Below are positions 20,121-31,283 of a DNA stretch of 64,000 nucleotides, piece after piece. How positions within the stretch are numbered: position 1 is the stretch's first letter; each line of letters begins with the position of its first letter. The translations under genes and the position numbers were made by a program. The DNA lies in contig JAVZXS010000003.1 of the NCBI GenBank assembly GCA_038886535.1, forward strand, positions 1 through 64,000. Reading direction: 5' to 3'. The stretch is from Candidatus Micrarchaeia archaeon (lineage in GTDB: Archaea; Micrarchaeota; Micrarchaeia; CABMEP01). The notes beneath the pieces are model-generated. The model ran no database searches. It worked only from the letters and a program-made list of their open reading frames with translations, and was not told where the DNA came from.

Positions 20121-21275
20121 ATGTTTTTATCAACAATACAAAAACTTTATATCTCTATTTTATCTAATAATCTTATGGTTCTAAAGATGAAAGAGACAGT
20201 TAAAAGTTTTGAGCAAAATAAGATAAACAAAAGCATCGAACAGCTTGAAAAATCAACACAATCTGCAATGAATTCTTTGAAAAATGTGCCTGGTCTTGTA
20301 ATCATTTCTGAAAACGATTTATCTAAAATATTCTCAGAATTAAAAGAAAAGGCAAAGAAAATAAAGACAGAAGAAGACAAGAAAAAATTTTTTGAACATT
20401 ATTCATTAGTTGCAAGTATGTGCCAATCCTACATAGAAGCAGCTAACGATTGGCAATCAATAAAGGAAGCAGGTTTGAAGGCCGTTTCTTTTTATTTAGG
20501 AGTGGATGAAAAATCTACAGAATCACCATCTTCCGCTATTATCTCTTCTGCTTTTATAGCTTTAGGAGTAGGTCAATTTAAAAAAATAAAAGATTTGAAA
20601 AATATCGCAAAGGCGGAAAAAATAAAAGAATTAGAAAAGACAGCTCCAAATACCGCGAGGGCTTTAATTAGGTTAGGGGAGAAGATAGACGAGTACGAGA
20701 AAAAAATTAATGGCCTAATAGCAAAAGAAAAAGAGTTTTTGATTTCTTTGGCAAAAGGTAGATTACGTTCAATCGGATTAAGAAGCGTAGCTGAGGTCAA
20801 GACTTTCTTTTCTGACCAGAATGTTATAAAAACTATGAAAGAAATGGATTCAAACTCAAGAAAGTCATTTATAATAAAGAATATCATAAATGAAGAAGAC
20901 TTATTAATTAAAGAATCAGATCCAATTGAAATAAAAAGACAGAAAGAATTAGTAAGAAACCTATTGTTTCATTTGAAGACTTCGGAACATTTACCTTTAG
21001 GAAAACTATCATCTGAAAAATCAATCGAAATGAAAGAGATAATTTCAAATTATATAGTTAAAGGAGGAACAGAAATAGAAGCAAACAAAATTTTAAGTGA
21101 AATTTCAACAAGAATTCAATATGCTGGAAAGCAAATAGGAGAACTCTGGCTTAAATCAGATTTAAATGACGAGGTTTTTAGAGGAATTTCTCACGATTTT
21201 AGAGATTTATTTTCAACAATTTCAATGTTTAGGGAATTGCTATCCGCTCAAATTAAAAAACATGTCATGATCTAA
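20121..21275 (+). CDS. Hypothetical Lys/Glu-rich helical protein (start uncertain)
   Basis: 384-aa ORF, no recognised motif. Confidence 0.65.
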   Translation: MFLSTIQKLYISILSNNLMVLKMKETVKSFEQNKINKSIEQLEKSTQSAMNSLKNVPGLVIISENDLSKIFSELKEKAKKIKTEEDKKKFFEHYSLVASMCQSYIEAANDWQSIKEAGLKAVSFYLGVDEKSTESPSSAIISSAFIALGVGQFKKIKDLKNIAKAEKIKELEKTAPNTARALIRLGEKIDEYEKKINGLIAKEKEFLISLAKGRLRSIGLRSVAEVKTFFSDQNVIKTMKEMDSNSRKSFIIKNIINEEDLLIKESDPIEIKRQKELVRNLLFHLKTSEHLPLGKLSSEKSIEMKEIISNYIVKGGTEIEANKILSEISTRIQYAGKQIGELWLKSDLNDEVFRGISHDFRDLFSTISMFRELLSAQIKKHVMI

Positions 21276-21312
21276 GGTAAGCGATTAAAAATCTTGTTTT
21301 TCATTATAAAAT

Positions 21313-22044
21313 ATGGCAACAAAAAGTAAAAAATTCTCAGATAGGGGTTTTCAAACAGTCGGGGATAACAAGTTTATTATTTCTGTTGGTGGCTCTTTGA
21401 TAGTCCCAGAAAAAATAGATACAAAATTCATTTCTTCTTTTAAGGAATTTATCACAAAGATGGCTTCAAATTCCTTCCGTTTTATTATTATTTGTGGCGG
21501 GGGTAAAACCGCAAGATTATACCAATCAGCTGCAAAAGAATTGGTAGAAGTTTCAAATGAGGATTTAGATTGGCTAGGAATTCATTCTACTAGATTAAAC
21601 GCCCATTTAATGAAAACAGTTTTAGGAGATATATGTTATAAAAGAATTCTTAAGAATCCAACTGAAAAGGTAGATTTTGGTAGAAGTAAAGTTATTGTTG
21701 CTGCAGGTTGGAAGCCAGGCTTCTCAACAGATTATGATGCAGTTATATTTGCAAAGACATATGGGATAAAGAATATAATCAATCTGACCAACGTTGATTA
21801 TGTTTATGACAAGAATCCAAAACAATTCAAAGACGCAAGACCATTTAAAGAGATAAGCTGGAAATACTACAGGAAGCTTGTCGGCGACAAATGGAGTCCA
21901 GGATTGAATGCTCCCTTTGATCCTGTTGCAGCAAAGGAAGCAGAAAAATTAGGATTAACTGTTTATATTTTGAACGGAAACAATATGAAAAATTTAGAAA
22001 ATCTTTTAGAAGGAAAGGAATTTATTGGAACTACTATAAAATAA
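21313..22044 (+). CDS. pyrH: UMP kinase
   Basis: ISVGGS, CGGGKTAR, PGFSTDYDA, TNVDYVYDKNP, PFDPVAA. Confidence 0.95.
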   Translation: MATKSKKFSDRGFQTVGDNKFIISVGGSLIVPEKIDTKFISSFKEFITKMASNSFRFIIICGGGKTARLYQSAAKELVEVSNEDLDWLGIHSTRLNAHLMKTVLGDICYKRILKNPTEKVDFGRSKVIVAAGWKPGFSTDYDAVIFAKTYGIKNIINLTNVDYVYDKNPKQFKDARPFKEISWKYYRKLVGDKWSPGLNAPFDPVAAKEAEKLGLTVYILNGNNMKNLENLLEGKEFIGTTIK

Positions 22045-22068
22045 ACAGCAAAATGATGGGATTTATAG

Positions 22069-22529
22069 TCATTCCACCTTTACGATCCTTACTCCTGCTT
22101 CCTTGAAAAGTTTGAATGCCTCCTTATCGGGATAATCTCCCTTGTATCTTACCTCTTTTATTCCTGCGTTTATTATCATCTTCGCGCATATCCTGCAAGG
22201 AGGAGTGTTAACATATAGAATCGAATTATTGGAAGATACGCCATGATATGCACATTGTATTATTGCATTCTGCTCTGCATGAACCGCTCTGCATATCTCA
22301 TGTCTTGTTCCGCTCTCTATTTTTAACTTATCTCTTAAACATCCCTCTTCAAGGCAATCCGGCATCTTCTTTGGTGCTCCATTATATCCTGTAGAAAGTA
22401 TTTGATTATCTTTGATGATTACCCTATCTTTCTTCTTCTGCAAGTAGCTCTAGTTGCAACATCATCGCATATTCTCATAAAGTATTCATCTAAGCTCGGT
22501 CTTTTCAACTTTTCAGATTTCTTTTCCAT
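22069..22529 (-). pseudogene. dCMP deaminase family, frameshifted near 22422
   Basis: MEKK..RPSLDEYFMRICDDVATRATCRRRKIG* in one frame; VIIKDNQILSTGYNG..HAEQN..PCRIC in another. Confidence 0.8.
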
Positions 22530-22630
22530 CTTATTACATTATAACATCAATTTAATTCCTTATATACCTTTACATCCCCCACTTAGAGTAATGTTTATAT
22601 TATTATCAAATGTTAATATATTTAGAGAAT

Positions 22631-23833
22631 ATGGATATGGCTAGCTTAAGGAAAATAAATATAAATGCAAAAGAATTAGACGGAGTTTTAAACAATCTTG
22701 AGTTATCAAAGGATCAAAAAAATCAAATTAAAAAAAGTTTACAGGAATTAAGCAAAAATCTTAATCTTCAGCAAAGAGATGATCTTAATTCTTTGTTTCA
22801 GACTTATTATAAAAAATCAGATTCTAAGTTTATTTCCCATCTTAAGGAGGCAGTAAACAATGATTTTTCAAAAATCAAATCAGATCTTTCCGAATTTGCT
22901 AATTCTAATCTAACGAAGATAAAAGCGATTAATGCATTTGAAAAGAACATCAATCTCAATAAGTTTAATTCAGTCACTTCAGAGTTGACTATACAAGCTA
23001 TAAATGAAATTAATTCTAGATTTTCTGATTTTATTTCTATACATATGAATGGAACGAATGTTTCTGCTTCTTTGAATGTTATTAATTTAATCAGATTATC
23101 CCCACAAGATGTTCAATCAAAAAAATTAGGGAAGGTTCCTGTAAGTTCTATTGTTAAGGTATTTGAAAATAACAATATAAACAAAATAAATGTAAATAAA
23201 CAAATCATCGAAGGTTTTAGAAGCAAATCAATAATGGATCAATCAAGTGCATTAAATAAGGCACTTGGAGAAGAAGTAATCAATCCTGTAAAGGACGTTA
23301 ATGATGCAGTAAATCTTATTGCTTCTTCCTTCTGTAAGTCGAGGCCTCGTGATGCAATTTCTGAGGAAGAGACATCAGGAAGAAGCTCAATTTTATTTAC
23401 CAAAGGTCCAACTGCCTCTACAGGGATTATCGAAGCTTATAATTTTAATATGGGTTTAAAATACATGCCACTAAATGGAGCCGGTGTGCAATCATCTTTG
23501 TCAGGTTCTATCGTTAAATTCAATTTTTCAAAGCAAACTCACATACAGAAAGGTCTTGATTTAACAGCAAATTTCTCTATTGGTGCAGCATTTGTAAAGG
23601 GAGGTGCTTCTCTGGTTATCGGTGATTACAGCGAAAAATTATATTCTTTAGATAAGATTATTCCAGTTGCATCAGCAGAAGTAGGATTCAATTATAATTT
23701 CAACAAAGATGTTTTATTTAGATCTACTGTTTCTTTTGTTCCTGGTGTAAATACATCATTTGAAAATAATAAATTTAAATTTACACCTAAAGTGCAGAAT
23801 AGTGTGTCTGCATCAATTTCAGTCAAAATATAA
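22631..23833 (+). CDS. Hypothetical protein: helical N-part, beta-barrel-like C-terminal domain
   Basis: About 400-aa ORF; amphipathic strands such as ASAEVGFNYNFNKDVLFRSTVSF. Confidence 0.7.
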   Translation: MDMASLRKININAKELDGVLNNLELSKDQKNQIKKSLQELSKNLNLQQRDDLNSLFQTYYKKSDSKFISHLKEAVNNDFSKIKSDLSEFANSNLTKIKAINAFEKNINLNKFNSVTSELTIQAINEINSRFSDFISIHMNGTNVSASLNVINLIRLSPQDVQSKKLGKVPVSSIVKVFENNNINKINVNKQIIEGFRSKSIMDQSSALNKALGEEVINPVKDVNDAVNLIASSFCKSRPRDAISEEETSGRSSILFTKGPTASTGIIEAYNFNMGLKYMPLNGAGVQSSLSGSIVKFNFSKQTHIQKGLDLTANFSIGAAFVKGGASLVIGDYSEKLYSLDKIIPVASAEVGFNYNFNKDVLFRSTVSFVPGVNTSFENNKFKFTPKVQNSVSASISVKI

Positions 23834-23876
23834 AAAAAAGAATAAAAATTAAAAAGAACAAATAGATGCATTGGTT

Positions 23877-25514
23877 TTAGTATTCTCCTCCGCCCATTCC
23901 ACCTGTGCCTCCAGATCCTCCAGATGAAATTGGCTTTGGTTTTGCACTTATCATATCGCTAATTCTTAGCAACATTTCTGCAGCCTCACTTGCAGACATT
24001 ATTGCCTGTTCCTTAACCTTTGCAGGTTCGATTACACCAAGTTTCTCCATGTTGTCTATTTTTCCATCATAGACATTAACTCCATATACGAGGCCATCCT
24101 TGTTATTGTGCTTTGACCTCAATGATACAAGTGTATCTATTGCATCCATTCCTGCACTCTCTGCAAGTGTTCTTGGAATTACTTCAAGTGCATCTGCAAA
24201 TGCAAGTATTGCAAGCTGCTCCCTTCCTCCTATCTTATTTGCATATTCTCTGAGGTCCTTTGCCAACTCGATTTCTGTTGCTCCTCCACCAAATACATAT
24301 TTTCCTTCCTCAATAGCAGAGGAAACTGCACCTATGGCATCTTTAATTGCCCTTTCTCCCTCGTTGACAACATGGTCTGTTGATGCTCTTACTAGTATTG
24401 TTACTGATTTAGGATCTTTGCACTTTTCAACAAATACCATTGCCTCTCCACCAATCTTTCTTTCCTCTATAAGTCCAGCATGTCCAAGATCTTTTGGTGA
24501 AAGGTCATTCAGGATTGTAACTATTCTTGCTCCTGTTGCTCTTGCAAGCTTCTCCATATCGCTTCTCTTTACTCTTCTTACTGCCACAATTCCTTTCTTT
24601 GCAAGATAGTGTTGTGCAACATCATCTATTCCTTTTTGACAGAATACAACGTTCGCTCCGCTCTTCTCTATTTTTTCAACCATTTCCTTAAGCATTTTTT
24701 CTTCTTGCTCAAGGAATGCAGTCAACTGAGAAGGATCAGTTATTTCGATCTTCGCATCTGTTTCAGTTTTCTCAATTTCTAGAGAGGTGTCAAGCAATGC
24801 GATTTTTGCATTCTCAACTTTCTTCGGCATTGCGGGATGCACTATCTCTTTATCAATTAAAACTCCATTTATAAGTGTGGTGTCATCAATTGACCCGCCT
24901 GCCTTTTTCTCTATTTTTATTAAATCTTGATCAATCACAAGTTTGCCATCCTTCTGTTCTGCAACTTGTGTAACTGCATCTACTACAATCTTTGCAAGGT
25001 GGTCTTTTGATTCACCCACTCCTACTGATTTTGATCCCATTGAAATAGAAGCTATATTGTAAAGTACTTTTGTATCTTTGATGGTTACTGGCTTTGATAT
25101 CTCTTTTACTCTTGCTATTGCTCTTGTTGCAGCAAGCTTGTAACCTCTAAGTATTGTAGATGAATGAATATCTTTGTCAAGTAAATCTTCTGCCCCTTTA
25201 AGTAATTCACCAGCTAACACAACAGAGGTAGTGGTTCCATCACCAACTTCCTTATCTTGTGTTTTTGCAACCTCTACAAGAATCTTAGCTGCAGGATGGT
25301 CTGTATTCATTTCAGTCAAAATCGTTGCTCCGTCATTAGTTATTACGATGTCTCCGAGCTCCGATACCAGCATTACATCGCTTCCCCTAGGACCAAGTGT
25401 TTTCTTTACTATTTCTCCAACTGCTCTTCCAACTACAATCATAATTCTCTGTGCATCTCTTCCTACAGTTCTTGAACTTCCCTCTGGAAGTATCATATTT
25501 TGTGAATTCGCCAT
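23877..25514 (-). CDS. ths: Thermosome (group II chaperonin) subunit
   Basis: [23 protein letters not shown] tail. Confidence 0.97.
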   Translation of the reverse strand: MANSQNMILPEGSSRTVGRDAQRIMIVVGRAVGEIVKKTLGPRGSDVMLVSELGDIVITNDGATILTEMNTDHPAAKILVEVAKTQDKEVGDGTTTSVVLAGELLKGAEDLLDKDIHSSTILRGYKLAATRAIARVKEISKPVTIKDTKVLYNIASISMGSKSVGVGESKDHLAKIVVDAVTQVAEQKDGKLVIDQDLIKIEKKAGGSIDDTTLINGVLIDKEIVHPAMPKKVENAKIALLDTSLEIEKTETDAKIEITDPSQLTAFLEQEEKMLKEMVEKIEKSGANVVFCQKGIDDVAQHYLAKKGIVAVRRVKRSDMEKLARATGARIVTILNDLSPKDLGHAGLIEERKIGGEAMVFVEKCKDPKSVTILVRASTDHVVNEGERAIKDAIGAVSSAIEEGKYVFGGGATEIELAKDLREYANKIGGREQLAILAFADALEVIPRTLAESAGMDAIDTLVSLRSKHNNKDGLVYGVNVYDGKIDNMEKLGVIEPAKVKEQAIMSASEAAEMLLRISDMISAKPKPISSGGSGGTGGMGGGEY

Positions 25515-25657
25515 ATTTTCACCCCTAAAATTAATTATATATTAAAACGACAATTGTTTTAACAAATAGAGCAATCCTATTAAATAAAATATAGATGTCT
25601 ATATTTATAATATTTGTATAGAAAAATTTAAGAAGTTTAAATATCTATAATTCAACT

Positions 25658-26404
25658 TTATCTTTTTAATTTAAGTGCAAATTCAGTAACAGATTTGTAT
25701 ACTTCCTTTGCACCAAGCTTCTTTAAGACTGCTCTTTCAGTACTTCCTGACATGATTCCAATAGGAATGCAACCTGCAGCCTTTGCAGCAATTATATCAG
25801 CTTCGCTGTCCCCTAAGTAATATGTTTCACTTGGTTTTAATCCTAATTTCTTACATGCTTTTAGTATCATTTCAGGAGATGGCTTTGGCTGAGATGCATC
25901 TTCAGATGTAATCACAGTTTCAAAAATATTTATTACATCTCTGTCTTGCATCCATACTTGGTTGTATTCTCTTTTTGCATTAGTTACTACGCCTAATTTA
26001 AAACCAGAATCCTTAAGTAATTTAGCACCTTTTTTACCTGCTCTTACAGGAGGTATACGCCTAAAAACTTTAGGGTCAGTAAGAGTTTTATTGTATGCGT
26101 AATGCATTTTTTCGAAATCTTCTTTACTTATGGGGGTTTTTTTCATCAATTCTTTTACATATTCAACAGGATATTTTTTCCATAAAATTCGTGTTATATC
26201 TTCTCCATTTTTAGCGATTGCATAGAGAGCTTTTAAGAATTCATCTTGATGATTCAATTCAGCAAAACCCCTTAACTTCCATGTTGCGGCAGGGTAGGAA
26301 TTCAATTTAAGTCCAACTGCCTCTAACGCTTTTTCGTATGCGTGATGAAATGCATTTTTGGAGTCCCTAATGACTCCTTCCATGTCAAGGAGGATTCCCT
26401 TCAT
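25658..26404 (-). CDS. HAD-family hydrolase
   Basis: LLDMEGVI, VTN, KPSP, GDSEADI. Confidence 0.85.
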   Translation of the reverse strand: MKGILLDMEGVIRDSKNAFHHAYEKALEAVGLKLNSYPAATWKLRGFAELNHQDEFLKALYAIAKNGEDITRILWKKYPVEYVKELMKKTPISKEDFEKMHYAYNKTLTDPKVFRRIPPVRAGKKGAKLLKDSGFKLGVVTNAKREYNQVWMQDRDVINIFETVITSEDASQPKPSPEMILKACKKLGLKPSETYYLGDSEADIIAAKAAGCIPIGIMSGSTERAVLKKLGAKEVYKSVTEFALKLKR

Positions 26405-26623
26405 GTGAACACTTTTTTGTTATTTTTCTTTATATTGTATATTCATAGGTTATTTATAAATGTTTTGTTTTACATTTTTGTTGAATTCTTTAATTATAAG
26501 GATCATCTTTATAATATTCAAGCATCAGTATAAAGGAAATAGATCAAAATTTACAACTAAAATAGTTAAAGTATATTCGTTTTATTCCTATTTATTTTTA
26601 AATTTTTATTCTTATTTTATTGC

Positions 26624-27379
26624 ATGAAAATAATTTTTTTAGGTACTGGCGGTGGAAGAATAAATGTTACGTATAGATTTAGGTCCACATCTGGATTTCT
26701 AATTCAAGGTTCAAAACAGATTTATGTAGACCCAGGTCCCGGGGTGATTCCTGATGCAAAAAAACACAAGATTAAACTTAACAAAATAGATGCAGTATTT
26801 GTTTCACATCCACATCTGGATCATGCAAACGACATGAACGTGTTAATTGAGGCTATGACATACGCAACATCAAAGAAAAGAGGTATTCTTTTCGGACCAG
26901 AAACCTTATTTAAAAAAGAGCTCGAATTCGGTGTTTCTCTTTCAAAGTATCATGCAAATCTTCTAGATGCGTATTACAAAATGAAACCAAACGAAAATAT
27001 AGACTTAGGTTCCTTTTCAATAAAAGCAACAAAAGCAAAACACGATAACACAAAAGGAATCGGATTTGTTTTAGAAATGGATGGAAAAAGAATAGGATAT
27101 ACGGGAGATACAGAATATTTTGAAGGAATTTCTGACAGTTATAAAGATTTAGATCTTTTAATAATTAATGTTCTACGTGCGCAAGAAAAATGGGAAGGAC
27201 ATCTTGACAAGTATTCGTGTCTTTCACTTTTGAAAGAGACAAAGCCAAAGATTGCAATCCTTACAAGATTCGGAGGAGAATACCTAAAAACAAAAGCAGA
27301 AGATGTTGCAAAATGGCTTCAAAAAGAAAGCAAAGTCAAGGTAATCGCATCTTATGATGGGATGGAATTTGAGTTCTAA
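26624..27379 (+). CDS. MBL-fold metallo-hydrolase
   Basis: FLGTGGG, VDPGPG, SHPHLDH, YTGDT. Confidence 0.9.
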   Translation: MKIIFLGTGGGRINVTYRFRSTSGFLIQGSKQIYVDPGPGVIPDAKKHKIKLNKIDAVFVSHPHLDHANDMNVLIEAMTYATSKKRGILFGPETLFKKELEFGVSLSKYHANLLDAYYKMKPNENIDLGSFSIKATKAKHDNTKGIGFVLEMDGKRIGYTGDTEYFEGISDSYKDLDLLIINVLRAQEKWEGHLDKYSCLSLLKETKPKIAILTRFGGEYLKTKAEDVAKWLQKESKVKVIASYDGMEFEF

Positions 27380-27560
27380 CTTCCACTAAATATATCAAAT
27401 TTTCTTTATTAAATTCAAAACCATTTTAAAATTTCATATCTATATCTTATATTATCTTTATGTAAGATGCGATTGGCAAAGTAATGAGCCATCTAGCCAA
27501 TTTTAGTCGATCATTAGTTATCTTGAATGAATCTTTATGTATTATGTATGTTGTGGTTTT

Positions 27561-29978
27561 ATGTCAATCCAATTAAACGAAGCAAAGATCAAAGAAAAAA
27601 ATTGGGATAAAAAGTTCGAGCAAGAAATGTACGAAGAACTAAAAACAAGTCCAATCTATAAATTCCAAGAAAATTCAAACAAACCTTTATTCTCTATCGA
27701 TACCCCTCCTCCTTATGTAAATACGCCTATTCATATTGGACAATTGACTACGTATGTCCTTATGGATATGTTTGCAAGATTCCATAGGATGATAGGCTAT
27801 AATGTAATATTTCCATTGGGTTTAGATCGAAATGGTCTTCCAATAGAGATGGCTGCAGAAAAGAAGTTCAATGTAAAGTTGAATCAGATCGAAAGAGAAA
27901 AGTTTCTTGAGATGTGCAAATCAGTGCTTGAGGAATCCTCTACCACCTCAACCAATTCTTTCCTTAAAGCAGGAGTTTCCTTTTCTTCTTGGGAATTTGG
28001 AAATAAAATAGGAGACGCATATATGACAGATTCTCCAGAATATAGAGCTTTAACTCAAGGTACATTTATAGATATGTGGAATGCAGGTTTAATATATGAA
28101 TCAGAAAGAACGAATAACTACTGTCCCGGATGTAGAACAACACTTGCAGACGCAGAAGTCGAGTATGTGGATCTTCCTACAAAATTTTATGATGTAGCAT
28201 TTACAGTTAAAGAAACAGGAGAGGAGATTATAATTGCAACAACAAGACCAGAACTTCTTGGAAGTTGCGCAATGGTAATTTATAATCCAGAAGATGAAAG
28301 ATACAATAAAAAACTTGAAGGAAAACATGCTATCGTTCCAATATTTAACAAGATAGTTCCAATAAAAGCACATCCACTTGCTAATCCAGAAAAAGGATCT
28401 GGACTAGTTATGATGTGTTCATTTGGAGATCTTGCAGATATTAGGTTCTTTAGAGAGATGAATTTAACTCCTATCTATTCAATAGGGCAAGACGGGAGAA
28501 TGAATGAAAATGCAGGACCAGCTGCAGGACTTCCAGTTCTCAAGGGAAGAGAAAAAATTGTTTCTGTACTAAAAGAACAGAATAAGATAAGAGGCGAGAA
28601 ACAGATAATGCACAGAACACCAATATGTGAAAGATCGAAAGATCCGATAGAATTTATTCCGATGAAGGAATTCTATGTTAGGCAATTAGATCAGAAAGAA
28701 AAAATGCTCGAAATGGCAAATAATATGAATTTCTTTTCAGAAGAGAGTAGAAAGATGATGGTGGATTGGATAAATAGCCTTTCAATAGATTGGCCAATAA
28801 GTAGAAGAAGATACTATGCTACTGAAGTTCCGTTGTGGTATTGCAAGAATTGCAATGAAGTAATAGTTCCACCAAAAGGAAAGTACTACAGACCTTGGAA
28901 AGAGAATCCTCCAATTGAGAAATGCCCGAAGTGTGGAAGTAAAGAGTTCATAGGAGAAACAAGAGTTTTTGATACATGGTTTGATTCTTCAATAACTCCT
29001 CTTTATATTTTAGGCTATGAACGTCATCCGGACTTCTTCAAGTCGCATAATCAATGTACATTAAGGCCACAAGGAAAGGAAATAATTAGAACGTGGCTTT
29101 ATTACACTGTACTTAAGTGCTATCTTTTGACAGGAAAACAGATATTTAGGGATGTATGGATAAATTACCATATAGTGGATGAAAAAGGAAATAAGATGTC
29201 GAAATCTCTCGGAAACGTTATAGATCCACAAAAAATTCTCGAACAATTTGGCGCAGAGCCATTTAGATTATGGGCCGTATTCGAAGGAAACATAACAGAA
29301 CAAGATTTCAGATGCTCAAATGAAAGGATACAGGGTGCTGGAAAGACTCTTAATAAATTGTGGAATATTGCAAAATACGTCTCAATGTTTCCGCAAGTTG
29401 AGAAGCCGAAGAATCTGTCACCACTTGATCAAGCTATTTTGAACGAGTTTTATTCTATTATTGAATATGCAAAAATAAGATTTAACAATTATGACTTTCA
29501 CAATCCTGCAATAAGGATAAGGAATTTTATATGGGAAACTTTTGCATCTCACTACATAGAACTTTCAAAGAATCGTGCCTATAATAGTGAAGGAAAGTTT
29601 ACTGAAGAAGAGCAATCATCAGCTATTTGGACATTGCATGAAATAATGTCAAATCTGTTGAAGCTTCTTGCACCTATAATACCATTTGCAACCTGGAAGA
29701 TTTACAAAGAAATGTATGGAAAGAATGTTCATGCAGAAACATTTCCGATTTCTGGTGAGATAAAAGAGTTGGAATTCTCATTTGCTGAACTAGAAGAGAT
29801 TGATAGCAAGATATGGAAGGCAAAGAAAGATAATGGGCTATCGCTAAAAGATCCAATCAAAGTATTGGAAATACCAGAGAAATTTAGAATTGTCGAGAAT
29901 GACATAATTAATGCACACAAAGTAAGTGAATTGAGATACGGGGAATTTAATATTATTGTTGATAAAAAACAACAATAG
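27561..29978 (+). CDS. valS: Valyl-tRNA synthetase
   Basis: DTPPPY, HIGQ, ATTRPELL, DWPISR, DTWFDSS, KMSKS. Confidence 0.93.
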   Translation: MSIQLNEAKIKEKNWDKKFEQEMYEELKTSPIYKFQENSNKPLFSIDTPPPYVNTPIHIGQLTTYVLMDMFARFHRMIGYNVIFPLGLDRNGLPIEMAAEKKFNVKLNQIEREKFLEMCKSVLEESSTTSTNSFLKAGVSFSSWEFGNKIGDAYMTDSPEYRALTQGTFIDMWNAGLIYESERTNNYCPGCRTTLADAEVEYVDLPTKFYDVAFTVKETGEEIIIATTRPELLGSCAMVIYNPEDERYNKKLEGKHAIVPIFNKIVPIKAHPLANPEKGSGLVMMCSFGDLADIRFFREMNLTPIYSIGQDGRMNENAGPAAGLPVLKGREKIVSVLKEQNKIRGEKQIMHRTPICERSKDPIEFIPMKEFYVRQLDQKEKMLEMANNMNFFSEESRKMMVDWINSLSIDWPISRRRYYATEVPLWYCKNCNEVIVPPKGKYYRPWKENPPIEKCPKCGSKEFIGETRVFDTWFDSSITPLYILGYERHPDFFKSHNQCTLRPQGKEIIRTWLYYTVLKCYLLTGKQIFRDVWINYHIVDEKGNKMSKSLGNVIDPQKILEQFGAEPFRLWAVFEGNITEQDFRCSNERIQGAGKTLNKLWNIAKYVSMFPQVEKPKNLSPLDQAILNEFYSIIEYAKIRFNNYDFHNPAIRIRNFIWETFASHYIELSKNRAYNSEGKFTEEEQSSAIWTLHEIMSNLLKLLAPIIPFATWKIYKEMYGKNVHAETFPISGEIKELEFSFAELEEIDSKIWKAKKDNGLSLKDPIKVLEIPEKFRIVENDIINAHKVSELRYGEFNIIVDKKQQ

Positions 29979-30167
29979 ATAAGTAACTAGATAATAGGTT
30001 CGCTTTTGTGAGTAGGTGTATAGAGGTATATAAGAATATTTAAAAACTTTAATCACATATATGTTATCATCATCGTTTTTTGATGAGATAATATAGCTCT
30101 TTAAATTATATTTTATATTAACATTGATTTATGTCGTTCTATTGAACGACACTATCAAGTGGGTATT

Positions 30168-30617
30168 ATGGCAAGATTGCATACAAAGAAAAAAGGAAAG
30201 TCTGGTTCAAGGAAATTTACAGGCAGTTCCTTACAGCCTGAAATGAGTAAAGAAGAGATTGAAAAGATCGTAGTTGATCTTTATAGAGCAGGCAATGCAC
30301 CTTCTCTTATTGGTCATATTCTGAGAGACCAATATGCAATAGGAAGTGTAAGGCAGGCTACTGGAAAATCAATTTTAGAGATAATTGAAACTGCTACTGG
30401 AAGAAAAGAATTTCCGGAGAATTTAGCAAATTTAATGAAAAAGGCAGTTAGATTAAGAGCACATCTTGAAAAACACAAGTCAGATCTTCATAACAAAATT
30501 AAGCTTAATTCAATAGAAACAAAGATTAGAAGACTTGGAAAGTATTATATCAGAAAGAAAGTTCTTCCAGCGGATTGGAAGTATGATCCTGCAGTTGCAG
30601 CGATTCAATTCAAATGA
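30168..30617 (+). CDS. rps15: Ribosomal protein uS15
   Basis: MARLHTKKKGKSGS, LRDQYAI, RRLGKYY. Confidence 0.95.
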   Translation: MARLHTKKKGKSGSRKFTGSSLQPEMSKEEIEKIVVDLYRAGNAPSLIGHILRDQYAIGSVRQATGKSILEIIETATGRKEFPENLANLMKKAVRLRAHLEKHKSDLHNKIKLNSIETKIRRLGKYYIRKKVLPADWKYDPAVAAIQFK

Positions 30618-30659
30618 TTCGTATTCATCATAGGATGAACGATTTTAATTGGTGATTAT

Positions 30660-31238
30660 TTGGTAAAGAAAGTTGTTGATACTTGGAAAACAAAACAGTG
30701 GTATGAAGTGGTTGCACCACAGGTATTTGATTCAAAAGTAGTCGGAGAGATCATCTCTTCAGATCCGAAGCTTCTTAAGGATAGAGTTGTTAAGGTTGGG
30801 CTTGATGAACTTACTGGTGATTTTTCTCAAGCATATACTAATGTGAAGCTTAGGGTCGTTGATGTAAAAGGAAAGACTGCAATTACAAAGTTTATTGGTT
30901 CAGAGCAACTGCCAAGCTATATTAGGACATTTGTAAGAAGGAGAAAAACTATAATCGATGATGTAATAGATGTAAAGACTATGGATGGACAAAAATTTAG
31001 AATAAAGCCAATAGTATTTGCAGCGGGTAAAATCGCAAGAGGTGCAGAAGCAGAAATAAGAGTAAAATTAAGAGCTCTTCTTACTGAAAAGGCTTCACAG
31101 ACAAACAGCGACGACCTGATTAGAGAGTTACTATTTAAGAAGTATGCTCAATCTCTAATTCCTGCAATAAAGAAGATAGCACCTATAAAAAGAATAGAAA
31201 TAAGAAAGATTGAGCTCAAAGAAGTCTTTACTCAGTAA
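30660..31238 (+). CDS. rps3ae: Ribosomal protein eS1 (S3Ae)
   Basis: DTWKTKQWYEVVAP, PIKRIEIRKIE; TTG start with GGTGA SD. Confidence 0.93.
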   Translation: MVKKVVDTWKTKQWYEVVAPQVFDSKVVGEIISSDPKLLKDRVVKVGLDELTGDFSQAYTNVKLRVVDVKGKTAITKFIGSEQLPSYIRTFVRRRKTIIDDVIDVKTMDGQKFRIKPIVFAAGKIARGAEAEIRVKLRALLTEKASQTNSDDLIRELLFKKYAQSLIPAIKKIAPIKRIEIRKIELKEVFTQ

Positions 31239-31283
31239 GTTGTAAATAACTATTTTTTATTTATTATACTTTTTTATTGTTTT

